A stretch of DNA of 64,000 bases from Candidatus Krumholzibacteriota bacterium (lineage in GTDB: Bacteria > Krumholzibacteriota > Krumholzibacteriia > JAJRXK01), in assembly GCA_024276305.1 (NCBI GenBank), contig JAJRXK010000108.1, positions 8,172 through 72,171 on the forward strand. The letters run 5' to 3'. Below, in pieces: positions 38,361 through 47,744 of the stretch (the stretch's first letter is position 1; every line of letters begins with the position of its first letter). A program made the position numbers and the translations under genes. The notes beneath the pieces were generated by a model. That model did not search any database and was not told where the DNA came from. It saw only the letters and a program-made list of their open reading frames with translations.

Positions 38361-39641
38361 ATGGGACGACGGAATCACAATGTAGTCAGTGCGATTCTGG
38401 GAGGGGGGCGAGGAACTCGACTCTATCCTTTGACTCGTGATCGTTCCAAGCCGGCAGTTCCGTTGGGAGGGCGTTTTCGGCTCATCGACGTTCCGCTGAG
38501 CAACAGTCTCCATGCGGGATTCGACCGGATCTACGTGCTGACCCAATTCAACACCGCGAGTCTGCACCGGCACATCACCCGCACCTACCGCTTCGACACC
38601 TTCTCTCAGGGCTTCGTGAACATTCTCGCGGCCGAACAGACTCGTTCGAACGACGACTGGTACCAGGGAACGGCCGATGCGGTGCGCCAGAATCTCGAGC
38701 GTCTCTCCGACGGGGATCCCTCCGAGGTCTTGGTGCTGGCCGGAGACCATCTATATCTCATGAATCTCGGCCGCTTCTTGCGCTTTCACCGCGAGCGCAA
38801 TGCCGACGTGAGCATCGCCGTCCACCCTGTCTCCCGCGAGGAGGCTCCGGACCTGGGCATCATGCGTCTCGATGACGCGGGCCGCATCGTCGCCTTCGTG
38901 GAGAAGCCGCAGGATCCGGCGCAGCTCGACGAGCTCACCCCGAGCCCCGATGTCTTTCGTCGCCTCGGATTGCGGGCCGCCCCGGGATCCCTGCTCGCGA
39001 GCATGGGGATCTATACCTTCGCGATGGGAGTGCTGCGCCACCTCCTGACCAATGACACAGAGGCGACGGACTTCGGTCGCGAGATCATTCCTCAGGCCAT
39101 CGAGACCCATCGGGTCTTCGGCTTTCCCTACGACGGCTATTGGGAGGACATCGGGACCATTCCCTCCTTCCACCGCGCGAACCTCCAACTGACCGAGCCG
39201 GTGCCCCCCCTCAATCTCTACGACTCGGTGCGCCCCATTTACACCCGTCCTCGTTTCCTGCCGGGGAGCAAGGTTCAGAATTGCCGGGTGGAGCAGGCCG
39301 TCCTCTGTGCGGGGAGCATCCTCGAAGGAAGCGAGATCCGTCATTCCATCGCGGGGATTCGTTCGGTGATCCGTCGAGACTCGATCATCGAAGACGCGGT
39401 GATCATGGGGGCCAGCAGCTACGAGAAGCGCAACGAAAGGGTTCAGGGGGTCAAGATCGGAGTGGGAGAGGGATGTGTGATCCGCAATGCAATCGTCGAC
39501 CTCGACGCTCGCATCGGGCGTGGATCGAAATTGATGAATGCAGCCGAAGTCCAGGAATTCGATGCAGAGAATTACAGTATTCGGGAGGGGATCATCGTGG
39601 TGCCCAAAGGAGCGGTGATTCCTCCGGGCACCACGATCTGA
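38361..39641 (+). CDS. glgC: Glucose-1-phosphate adenylyltransferase
   Basis: GGGRGTRLYPLT, a left-handed beta-helix C-terminus, and FVEKP. Confidence 0.9.
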   Translation: MGRRNHNVVSAILGGGRGTRLYPLTRDRSKPAVPLGGRFRLIDVPLSNSLHAGFDRIYVLTQFNTASLHRHITRTYRFDTFSQGFVNILAAEQTRSNDDWYQGTADAVRQNLERLSDGDPSEVLVLAGDHLYLMNLGRFLRFHRERNADVSIAVHPVSREEAPDLGIMRLDDAGRIVAFVEKPQDPAQLDELTPSPDVFRRLGLRAAPGSLLASMGIYTFAMGVLRHLLTNDTEATDFGREIIPQAIETHRVFGFPYDGYWEDIGTIPSFHRANLQLTEPVPPLNLYDSVRPIYTRPRFLPGSKVQNCRVEQAVLCAGSILEGSEIRHSIAGIRSVIRRDSIIEDAVIMGASSYEKRNERVQGVKIGVGEGCVIRNAIVDLDARIGRGSKLMNAAEVQEFDAENYSIREGIIVVPKGAVIPPGTTI

Positions 39642-39646
39642 ATTCC

Positions 39647-40264
39647 TCAGTCCTGGTCTTCGGTCACCGCCGAGAGCAGTTTCTCCTTGAGACCATCGTC
39701 GACCGGCGGATCTCCATAGTAGATCGCGAAGAAGGAGCGGCCGAAGCCCGCTCCTTCGATCACCCCGCGCACTTCGCCATTCACGGAGACTTCCAAGCCC
39801 TTTCCGGGAAGGTAGAGCATGCGTAGGTCGTCACCCTTCATGAGCTTCTCATCCCCGAAGACATTGAGGAATTGCTCTCGCTCCCCTGCGATGTCGTCGT
39901 AGGGCACGACCGCGCACTTCTTCAGGGCCTCGTTCACCCCATTGGTGATCTTCTTGGAATCGACGTCGCGGAGCATGCGCAGGTGAATCTCCTTGGGAGC
40001 ATCGGCGTCGACGATCGCTTTCCCGGGGTCGTCTCCGAGTTCCACCGAGCTGTCGATGTAGCCCACCGCAGCGTAGACTTTCCAGAAGATCTTCTTGCGG
40101 AGAGCCGCCCCCGTGGCCCGCAGGGTCGAGGTACTACCGTCGTATTCGACTTCGATCGTGGCCGGGAACTCCTGCTTCGACTTCTTCTCGACGATCGTGT
40201 CGGAGAAGGCCAAGTTCGGCAGGAGCATGCCGCAGAGGACCAGGCCCAGGGCTCGACGCATCAT
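39647..40264 (-). CDS. Chalcone-isomerase-like family protein, secreted
   Basis: AAGGAG 6 nt upstream of ATG-ATG. Signal peptide MMRRALGLVLCGMLLPNLAFS. Confidence 0.6.
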   Translation of the reverse strand: MMRRALGLVLCGMLLPNLAFSDTIVEKKSKQEFPATIEVEYDGSTSTLRATGAALRKKIFWKVYAAVGYIDSSVELGDDPGKAIVDADAPKEIHLRMLRDVDSKKITNGVNEALKKCAVVPYDDIAGEREQFLNVFGDEKLMKGDDLRMLYLPGKGLEVSVNGEVRGVIEGAGFGRSFFAIYYGDPPVDDGLKEKLLSAVTEDQD

Positions 40265-40427
40265 GAGGACTCCTTGGTCGACGTGAACAATGAATCGTGG
40301 CATCGAGCCTATCCCAACTGGAGCGGAGTGCAAAGGTTTCTCCGGTGGTTTGCACCGTGGATGGTCGGCGCTACACTCTTGCCCCTGGGCCGAAGGAATG
40401 GGCCCCCTCTGTCCTCGAAAGGCTCGC

Positions 40428-41324
40428 ATGACCACCGTCATCACGACTCCTACCGGAAATATCGGGCGCACACTCACCTCCCTGCTCCTCGACGCCGGTC
40501 TCGATCTGCGACTGTTGGTTCGAGATCGGACCAAGGTGGAGGACTTCGCGTCGAGAGGAGCGGAGGTCTGCGAAGGTTCTCTCGATGACGAAGATTTCGT
40601 GGGCGAGGCGACCGAGGGCGCGGAGCAGCTCTTCTGGGTCACGCCCCCCGATTTGACGGCCGAGGACTATCGAGAGCGTCAGAACGAATTCGGTCGGGTC
40701 GCGGCCGCGGCCGTCTCGAGGCAGGCCATCGGGAGAGTGATTCACCTCTCGAGCTTGGGGGCGCAGGAAGGCCAGGGCAACGGGCCCATCGGCGGACTCC
40801 ATGACAACGAAGCTCGACTGGAGGCGGTGGCCGACCACCTTCTCCATCTGCGTCCGGCCTTCTTCATGGAGAATCTTCTGGCCCTCGTGCCGATGATCGC
40901 GACCCAGAAGACGATTCTTCAGCCCATGCCGGCGGACCATCCCCTGGCCATGGTGGCCACTCGGGACATCGCGCGGGTGGCGGCCGACGAGATCCTCGAT
41001 CCCACGTGGACCGGTCATCGCATCCGGGGGGTGCATGGCCCGGGGGACTTCACCTGGACCGAAGTTGCGGAAGTGGTGTCGCGGGTGATGGGGGAAGAAG
41101 TGACCTATGTCCCGGTCCCCGGCGATGCGGTGCGCCAGGCCCTCGCCGCGGTGGAGATCCCCTCCTCCACCGCCGCTCTCTACGTGGAGATGCTCGAGGG
41201 ATTCGGCTCCGGACGGATTCGCAGCGCGGAGCCGCGGGACCAGATGACCACCACGCCGACCTCTCTCGAGACCTTCGTCTCGGACACTCTGTTTCCGGCG
41301 GTCGCCGCATTCACGGGATTCTAG
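40428..41324 (+). CDS. NmrA-like / NAD(P)-binding Rossmann-fold protein
   Basis: ITTPTGNIGRTL glycine-rich NAD(P)-binding motif. Confidence 0.75.
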   Translation: MTTVITTPTGNIGRTLTSLLLDAGLDLRLLVRDRTKVEDFASRGAEVCEGSLDDEDFVGEATEGAEQLFWVTPPDLTAEDYRERQNEFGRVAAAAVSRQAIGRVIHLSSLGAQEGQGNGPIGGLHDNEARLEAVADHLLHLRPAFFMENLLALVPMIATQKTILQPMPADHPLAMVATRDIARVAADEILDPTWTGHRIRGVHGPGDFTWTEVAEVVSRVMGEEVTYVPVPGDAVRQALAAVEIPSSTAALYVEMLEGFGSGRIRSAEPRDQMTTTPTSLETFVSDTLFPAVAAFTGF

Positions 41325-41333
41325 GTTCCCGAA

Positions 41334-42017
41334 GTGGAGAAGGATTCGAAGTTTCGTCTCGTGCTCGCGCTGCTTCTGCCCACCGTTCTGGTGGGAGTGG
41401 GCATCCGCGGTCTGCACCACGCTGTCGCGGCCTTCGTCCTCTACATCGTGGGAGGGTGCTTGGTGGGGCCCTGGTGGATTCTGGGGGCGCGTCCCCTCCG
41501 CGGGCATCAGGGCTGGACCTTCCGCGGAGTGGGGGGCGATCGCCTGTGGATGCATGCGGGGGCGTGGTTGGTGATCGGTGCGGGTTTGGTGGGGCTCTAC
41601 CTTCTGCTCAGCCCTTGGCTCCTCGACCCCGCCGAGGTCGCCGCCCGTCTGGAGAGCTTGGGCTGGCCGCGGCAGGGTCAGGCTTTCCTTCTCGTGGGCT
41701 TCGTGTTGGTGGTTCCGGTGGCCGAAGAATGGTGGTGGAGAGGGCAGGCCCTCCCTCGATGCCGCCGGGCCTTCGGAGATCGCAAGGGCATCGGGGTCTC
41801 GGTGTTGGCCTTCAGTGCTTATCACGTGGTCGTTCTCGGGGAGCTCTACGAACCGAGCTCGGTCATGATCCGAATGATCGCGATTGCCGGAGGGGGGTGG
41901 ATCTTCTCGGGGATGGCCGCGCACACCCAGGGATGGCGATGGTCCTGGTCGAGCCACTTCGCCGCGGATCTGGCCATTGTGGCGGCCTTTCTCCTGCTGG
42001 TGGCACCCGCGATCTGA
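41334..42017 (+). CDS. CPBP-family intramembrane glutamic endopeptidase (CAAX protease-like)
   Basis: Multi-TM. EEWWWRG and FSAYHV motifs. Confidence 0.75.
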   Translation: MEKDSKFRLVLALLLPTVLVGVGIRGLHHAVAAFVLYIVGGCLVGPWWILGARPLRGHQGWTFRGVGGDRLWMHAGAWLVIGAGLVGLYLLLSPWLLDPAEVAARLESLGWPRQGQAFLLVGFVLVVPVAEEWWWRGQALPRCRRAFGDRKGIGVSVLAFSAYHVVVLGELYEPSSVMIRMIAIAGGGWIFSGMAAHTQGWRWSWSSHFAADLAIVAAFLLLVAPAI

Positions 42018-42034
42018 GACCCCCGAGCTGGGTC

Positions 42035-43372
42035 TCAGGCGCGCACGGTCCCCGGACCGTGGAGGGCGATGCGCAGGACGAAGCAGATGCTCACCACTGC
42101 CAGGCCCAGGGCGAGTCCCCACCACAGGCCGGCCAAGCCCAGCCCCCGGGGAAAGGCCAGGAACCAGGCCAGGGGCAGGGCCATCAGATAGAAGCCCACG
42201 AAATTGAAGACCGCCGCCGGCCGGGTCGAACCCATGCCTCGCAGAATCCCCGCTCCCACGACCTGGGTTCCGTCGAAGAGCTGAAAGGCCGCCGCCACCG
42301 GGAAGATGGAGGCAGCGAGGGCCAGAACTTCGGCGTCCGTGGTGTAGAGGCGGGCGATGGCATGGCGGGCCACCACGAAGGCTACCGCCGAGACGCTCAT
42401 CACCGAGGCTCCCATGACCAGGGCGATCCAGGACGCCCGCCGCGCCAGCCGGGCCTGACCCGCTCCGAGGAGGTTCCCCACCCGAGTGACCGCCGCCTGA
42501 CTGATCCCCAGGGGAACCATGAACGACACCGAGGCGACGTTGAGGACGATGGTATGGGCCGCGATGGACAATTCCCCCATGTGGCCGGCCAGGAGAGTCG
42601 CGGTCTCGAAGGCCCAGATCTCCAGCGAGAGCTGGATCCCCACCGGAGTTCCGAAGCTCAACACCTCCCGCAATCCCCTCCATTGCCAGGCCTCCCGGGA
42701 GAACCCGGTCCAGCCTTCGTGGGTCAAGCGCAGTCGCCAGATCGCCAGGATCAAGACCACGGCCATGAACACCCGAGTGGACCCGGTGGCCAGGCCCGCG
42801 CCCTGGACGCCACGGGCCTCGAAGCCGAGGTGCCCGAAGACCAAGATCCAATTCGCGAGGATGTTGAAGAGATTGGCTCCCACCGCCAGGACCATGGTTG
42901 GCCATACGATGCCCCGACCCTGGAGGTACTGGCGGAGGGCGGTGTAGACCATGAAGGCCAGCGCTCCGGGAATCTGGGCTCGGGTATAGGATTGAGTCAG
43001 AGTGCAGAGAACCTCCTCCTGACCCAGCATGCGCAGGAAGGTCGCGGAATAGGCCCAGAGCAGGGCCAAGGGAAGGCTCGCCGCCGCCCCCACGATGAGA
43101 CCGCGTTGGAGGATGAGGCTCAGTCGGTCCTGATCGCGGGCTCCGTGGGCTTGGGTCACGATGGGATCGATCCCGATGATCAGTCCCATTCCGAAGACCA
43201 TGGTGCCCATGGTCCAGACATGGCCCAGTGCGGCCGCGGCCAGAGCCTGTCGCCCCACATGACCGACCATCACCGTGTCCACCACCCCCAGCATCATGGT
43301 GGCCAATTGGGTCACCACCACCGGAAAGGCCAGGACGCCCAAGCGCCGGATCTCGTCACGAATGGGGGGCAC
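42035..43372 (-). CDS. MATE-family efflux transporter
   Basis: 12 TM with an internal repeat. Typical MATE N-terminal region. Confidence 0.85.
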   Translation of the reverse strand: MPPIRDEIRRLGVLAFPVVVTQLATMMLGVVDTVMVGHVGRQALAAAALGHVWTMGTMVFGMGLIIGIDPIVTQAHGARDQDRLSLILQRGLIVGAAASLPLALLWAYSATFLRMLGQEEVLCTLTQSYTRAQIPGALAFMVYTALRQYLQGRGIVWPTMVLAVGANLFNILANWILVFGHLGFEARGVQGAGLATGSTRVFMAVVLILAIWRLRLTHEGWTGFSREAWQWRGLREVLSFGTPVGIQLSLEIWAFETATLLAGHMGELSIAAHTIVLNVASVSFMVPLGISQAAVTRVGNLLGAGQARLARRASWIALVMGASVMSVSAVAFVVARHAIARLYTTDAEVLALAASIFPVAAAFQLFDGTQVVGAGILRGMGSTRPAAVFNFVGFYLMALPLAWFLAFPRGLGLAGLWWGLALGLAVVSICFVLRIALHGPGTVRA

Positions 43373-43530
43373 GGCTCACCTCAGGGTCCTCAGGTCGAGA
43401 AGAACGGCCCATCCTAGCGGATGGGTCCTCTGGCCGGGAAAGCGTTTCTGGGGGCTGGCCAAAAAGGTAAAATCTCGCCCTTGGGCCTTGCCGATCTCCT
43501 CGGGCGTCCTATTTTGGCTAGGATCTTGAT

Positions 43531-43549
43531 ATTGAGAACCGTTCTCAAT
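43531..43549. promoter_or_regulatory. 19-bp palindrome ATTGAGAAC-C-GTTCTCAAT in AT-richer divergent promoter
   Basis: Perfect 9-bp arms, about 45 bp upstream of the porin-like gene start. Confidence 0.45.
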
Positions 43550-43594
43550 GACTTTCCGTCACCCGCCCCCAGGGGCCCTCCCGAGGAGTTGTCG

Positions 43595-44893
43595 ATGCCA
43601 CGTCCCGTCCCTCCCTTCCAAAACTCGGGGTTGATCTGGGCCCTGGTGGCAGTCCTGGGCGTCTTCGGTCCACCGGCCGCCGAGCTCCGGACCGAAGAGC
43701 CCGACCTGAACCGGAAGGTCGAGATCCTGGCCGCGGAGCTCGCGAGCCTGCGGGAGCAGCTCACGGTGCCCGAAACCGACGAACAGATCCCTCAGGCCCG
43801 AGGCCTCGGTCCGGCGGCGGCCAAGGTCTATGGTGTGCAACAGGGTCTGTCGATCGGCGGTTACGGGGAATTCTACTTTGGTGCGCCGGTGGAGGAGAAG
43901 GCGGCCAGCGGAGCCCGGAACACCGCGGACTTCTACCGTTTCGTGGCCTACATCGGCTACAAGTTCAGCGACTCCATTCTGCTCAATACCGAATTGGAGT
44001 GGGAGCACGGGGGATCGGAAGTCTCGGTGGAATTCTCCTACTTGGATTTCCTCATCAGCCCGGCCTTCAGCATTCGGGCGGGAAGCGTGCTCGTGCCCAT
44101 GGGAATCACCAACCAACGTCACGAACCCACGGTCTATCGCGGGAACTTTCGGCCGGAGATCGAGCGCAGGATCATTCCCACCACCTGGGGAGAGATGGGG
44201 GTGGGCGCCTACGGTTCGCTGGGTGGGGTCGCCCACTACTCGGCCTATGTGCTCAACGGTTTCGACGCCGCAGGATTCGGAGCCGAAGGAGTCCGGGGGG
44301 GAAGGCAGAAGGCGCAGGAGGCCACCTTCGAGGACATCGGCGGGGTCTTGGCCCTCGAATTCTCCGGTGGGGACGACGCTTGGAATCTGGGGGCCTCGGC
44401 CTACTACGGGCAGGCGGACCAGGGTCGTTTCACCGACGCTTCCGGAGCCCTCATCGAGGTGACCAATCGCATCGCCGAGGCTCACCTCCGCCTTCACCAT
44501 CGGGGGCTCGAAGTCCGAGCCCTCTATGTCACCTCCGACCTCGATGGAGTGCGGGCCCTTCTCGACAGCCCCGAATGGAGTGGGAGTGCGGTGGTTCCCA
44601 CGGCTCAGGAGGGCTGGTACGTGGAAGCGGCCTACGACCTCGCGCCCACTCTCTGGGGCCGCGAGGATCTTCAGCTCTCCCCCTGGCTGCGCTACGAAAG
44701 TTTCGATCTCCAGGAACGGGTCCCCTCGGGCCTTGTCGCCGACGACGCCCTGGCCCAAGGCCGGCTGAGTCTGGGTCTCGAGTTCCGGCCCGATCACCAG
44801 GTGGTGCTCAAAGCCGAATACGTTCACAAGAGTCACGATGCCAGCTCCGCTCTCAGCGATGAGATCCGGGTCGGAGCGGGATTCATCTACTAG
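43595..44893 (+). CDS. Outer membrane beta-barrel (porin-like) protein
   Basis: GAGGAG 7 nt upstream of ATG. Signal peptide, alternating amphipathic beta-strands, C-terminal aromatic residue. Confidence 0.65.
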   Translation: MPRPVPPFQNSGLIWALVAVLGVFGPPAAELRTEEPDLNRKVEILAAELASLREQLTVPETDEQIPQARGLGPAAAKVYGVQQGLSIGGYGEFYFGAPVEEKAASGARNTADFYRFVAYIGYKFSDSILLNTELEWEHGGSEVSVEFSYLDFLISPAFSIRAGSVLVPMGITNQRHEPTVYRGNFRPEIERRIIPTTWGEMGVGAYGSLGGVAHYSAYVLNGFDAAGFGAEGVRGGRQKAQEATFEDIGGVLALEFSGGDDAWNLGASAYYGQADQGRFTDASGALIEVTNRIAEAHLRLHHRGLEVRALYVTSDLDGVRALLDSPEWSGSAVVPTAQEGWYVEAAYDLAPTLWGREDLQLSPWLRYESFDLQERVPSGLVADDALAQGRLSLGLEFRPDHQVVLKAEYVHKSHDASSALSDEIRVGAGFIY

Positions 44894-44905
44894 CCCGAGG
44901 AGGCG

Positions 44906-45547
44906 GTGATGGCTTGTCCCAAGTGTGCAGCAGGCGGAGAGAGCGCCTGTACTCCCCGCCAGAAGCGCCATTGGTCGAGGTGGTTCTGGGTGGCGGTGGT
45001 GTTGGGGCTCACCCTTCTGTTTCTCCGCGATGCGGCGGATGCGGCGGTCTATCAGAGCAAGGCTTCGGCCCTGGAGATGGCCTTCCCGGGGGCGGATTCG
45101 GTGGTCACCGAGAGTGTCTTTCTCGATGAGGATCTCGTGGCCCGGATCCGCACTGCGGCGGGAACCGCGCCGGACCGGCGGATCCTCAACCGTTATGTGG
45201 GCTGGAAAGACGGTGAGAAGTTGGGTTGCGCCTATTTCGAGACCCACCGGGTCCGGACTCTCCCGGAGACCCTGATGGTCGTCGTACGACCGGCGGGGGA
45301 GATTGCCGCGGTCCATCTCATTGCCTTCCACGAACCCCCCGAATACCGAGCCTCGGATCGATGGCTCGAACAGTACGCCAGCCATTCCCTGGATCGCGAC
45401 CTCGCACTCGGACGTGGCGTGGCGGGGATCGGCGGTGCTACCCTCACCGCCCATGCGGTGAATGCGGCGGTGCGGAGGGTCTTGGCTCTCGACCGACTCA
45501 GCCGAGGGCCGGCCCGGACCCTCGACTCGGCTTCCCTTTCGGAATGA
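44906..45547 (+). CDS. Membrane-anchored FMN-binding domain protein with N-terminal Cys-rich cytoplasmic motif
   Basis: CPKCAAGGESAC, then a TM. The FMN_bind domain carries GIGGATLTAHAVNAAV, a flavinylation-type T/S-GAT site. Confidence 0.7.
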   Translation: MMACPKCAAGGESACTPRQKRHWSRWFWVAVVLGLTLLFLRDAADAAVYQSKASALEMAFPGADSVVTESVFLDEDLVARIRTAAGTAPDRRILNRYVGWKDGEKLGCAYFETHRVRTLPETLMVVVRPAGEIAAVHLIAFHEPPEYRASDRWLEQYASHSLDRDLALGRGVAGIGGATLTAHAVNAAVRRVLALDRLSRGPARTLDSASLSE

Positions 45548-45556
45548 AGAGGCTCC

Positions 45557-46078
45557 ATGCGCTTCGTGGTGACTGGTGAGTGGAATCGAAACGCGCTGCT
45601 GCGCGTCATCCTCCTGCTCTTCCTGGTCTATGTGGCTCTCTTCTGGATCACCGATTGGGTGCTGTGGTTTCAGAAGATGAACCTGAGCCCGGAGTCGATT
45701 TCGGCCTACTACCTCGGAGACAGCACTTCGGAATTCGGGCGTCCGCCACGTCCACTCGGGGCCATCGCGGAGGTGAGCCACTTCCACCTCTTCGCGATGG
45801 GAATGTTGGTGATGACCCTCACCCACCTCCTGCTCTTCTTGCCCATCTCCATACCCTGGAAGGTCGGACTGGTTTGCACCACCTTCTTCTCGGCGTTGTT
45901 GAACGAGGGAAGTATCTGGCTCATCCGTTACCTTCACCCCGGCTTCGCCTGGGTCAAGCTCGGCGCATTCCTCCTCCTCCAACTCGCATTGTTGGGCATT
46001 CTGATCGCATTGGTCGTGGGGGTGGCCCGGCCGGGGCGCAATGCCTATACGGACAGCCAGGCCGGCAGGTTGGGATGA
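45557..46078 (+). CDS. Polytopic membrane protein with conserved His residues (DUF4405-like)
   Basis: 4-5 TM. HFHLFAMGMLVMTLTHLL. No signal peptide. Confidence 0.5.
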   Translation: MRFVVTGEWNRNALLRVILLLFLVYVALFWITDWVLWFQKMNLSPESISAYYLGDSTSEFGRPPRPLGAIAEVSHFHLFAMGMLVMTLTHLLLFLPISIPWKVGLVCTTFFSALLNEGSIWLIRYLHPGFAWVKLGAFLLLQLALLGILIALVVGVARPGRNAYTDSQAGRLG

Positions 46079-47028
46079 GCGTCTCGGGCCGACTCTTCGG
46101 GGGAATGCTTCTCTGGGTCGGAATCGGAATGATGTCGACGCCGGGTCCGGAGGCGGCGGTGGCCGCAGAGTCCACTCGTTGGGTGATGGGTACCGCTCTT
46201 CGGGTGGTCCGCTTCGATGCCGGAGGCGAGGAGGACGCTCGACGCACCGACCGGCTCTTCGAGGTGGCCGAGCAGTGGGACGAGTGGTTGAGTCCCTATC
46301 GGGAAGACTCTCTCCTCTCCTCCTTGCACCGGCATCCCGGGCAGCGACGCCCCGTGCCTGCACCGGTACGCGATTACTTCGAACGATCGCGTCGCGACCA
46401 CGATCGTACCGGCGGCCTCTTCGACATCCTCCACACCTCCTCGAATCCGGCGAGGGCCTGGGAGGGCTTGGATTTCTCCCCATCGGGGTCTTCCCCCTGG
46501 GTGCGCCTGGAGGTCGGGGTAGTGGTGGATCCCGGAGGCAATGGCAAGGGCGTGGCCCTGGCCGCGATGGTCGACTCGTTGCGGGCCTGGGGAGAGCGCC
46601 GCGCACTCCTGGATTTCGGTGGCAGTAGTTGGTACGCGGTCGGTCGTCCCCAGGAGAGTCCGGAGTGGAGGATCGACCTGGAGGATCCTCGGGGCCGGGT
46701 GCTCGGCACCGTGCGATGGCACGACGCCGCGTTGTCGATCTCTCAGACCCGGCTCCGAGCTGCAGAGAACGGCGGCGGGGCCGCTCACATCGTGGATCCT
46801 CGCAATGGACGGCTGGTGGTCGGGGAGCGGACCGCAGTCGTGCTCTCGCCCGACGCGGTGGATGCGGAGGTCTTGTCGACGGCGCTCCTCGTGGCCGGAA
46901 CCGCGGGCCTCTCCCTCGTGGATCACTACCCCGGGGCGACGGCGGTCATCCTCGATGCCGAGGGAGTGCACCGGAGCTCAGGAGCCGGGACTCGGTGGTT
47001 CCTTCCGGCTTCGCCTCGCTCTCCCTGA
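46075..47028 (+). CDS. apbE: FAD:protein FMN transferase
   Basis: Signal peptide. AHIVDPRNG motif. ATGA overlap with the upstream gene. Confidence 0.85.
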   Translation: MSVSGRLFGGMLLWVGIGMMSTPGPEAAVAAESTRWVMGTALRVVRFDAGGEEDARRTDRLFEVAEQWDEWLSPYREDSLLSSLHRHPGQRRPVPAPVRDYFERSRRDHDRTGGLFDILHTSSNPARAWEGLDFSPSGSSPWVRLEVGVVVDPGGNGKGVALAAMVDSLRAWGERRALLDFGGSSWYAVGRPQESPEWRIDLEDPRGRVLGTVRWHDAALSISQTRLRAAENGGGAAHIVDPRNGRLVVGERTAVVLSPDAVDAEVLSTALLVAGTAGLSLVDHYPGATAVILDAEGVHRSSGAGTRWFLPASPRSP

Positions 47029-47744
47029 TTCGCTCTCCTCCTCGGGAATCAGAGGTCGGGACTCCACCGCGTCCACGGCTTGCCACGCGATGGCGTAGCC
47101 CAGGATCACCTGGGACAGATAGTGCTTGTGGTCGTTGATCCTCGACCATCCCACCGCCGGTGAGATCGAAGTGGCGATGACCCTGGGAAGGGTCAGGCCG
47201 CATCGACGTGCGGCCACGAGCCAGGGAATGGCGCCGATGAAGCAATGACCCGAAGCGGCGTTGTCATCGGCGAAGGGACGGAAGCGGGGCCCATGGGTGT
47301 GGTCCTTGGGTCGTGCTCCCCCCAGACCGCGCTGCACCGTCCACAGGGTGGGCAGTCCCACGACCATGGCGGCGAAGCTCTGACGACCCCAGCGGGAGAG
47401 GGGAGTGCTGGCCCAGAAGCGATCCATCAACGCGAAGGCCGCCCATACTCCGAACCATCCCCGTTCGCCGAAGTGGTGCAGGGTCTTCGCGATCCGATCG
47501 GAGCGGGGCCCTTGGACCCGGCGGTGGTGCCAGGATTCCACGGCCTCGTCCGCTCCGCCATAGGCCAGCAAGGCCGCTCCGCCGATGGCGACGGCGAGGC
47601 GGAGGACATTGCGGCGGGTGTAGAGGCGGCGGTAGTCCTTCCCCGTTCTGCGGACCAAGCCCTCTCCCCGTCGGGGTCGGTTCCTCAACCCCCAGATCGC
47701 GGTCGCGAACCACAGGAGGATGACCAGGACGAAGACGGAGTTCA
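46978..47744 (-). CDS. PAP2-family phosphatase
   Basis: KDHTHGPRFRPF, SGH and SRINDHKHYLSQV (the three PAP2 motifs). GTG start overlaps the upstream stop. Confidence 0.75.
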
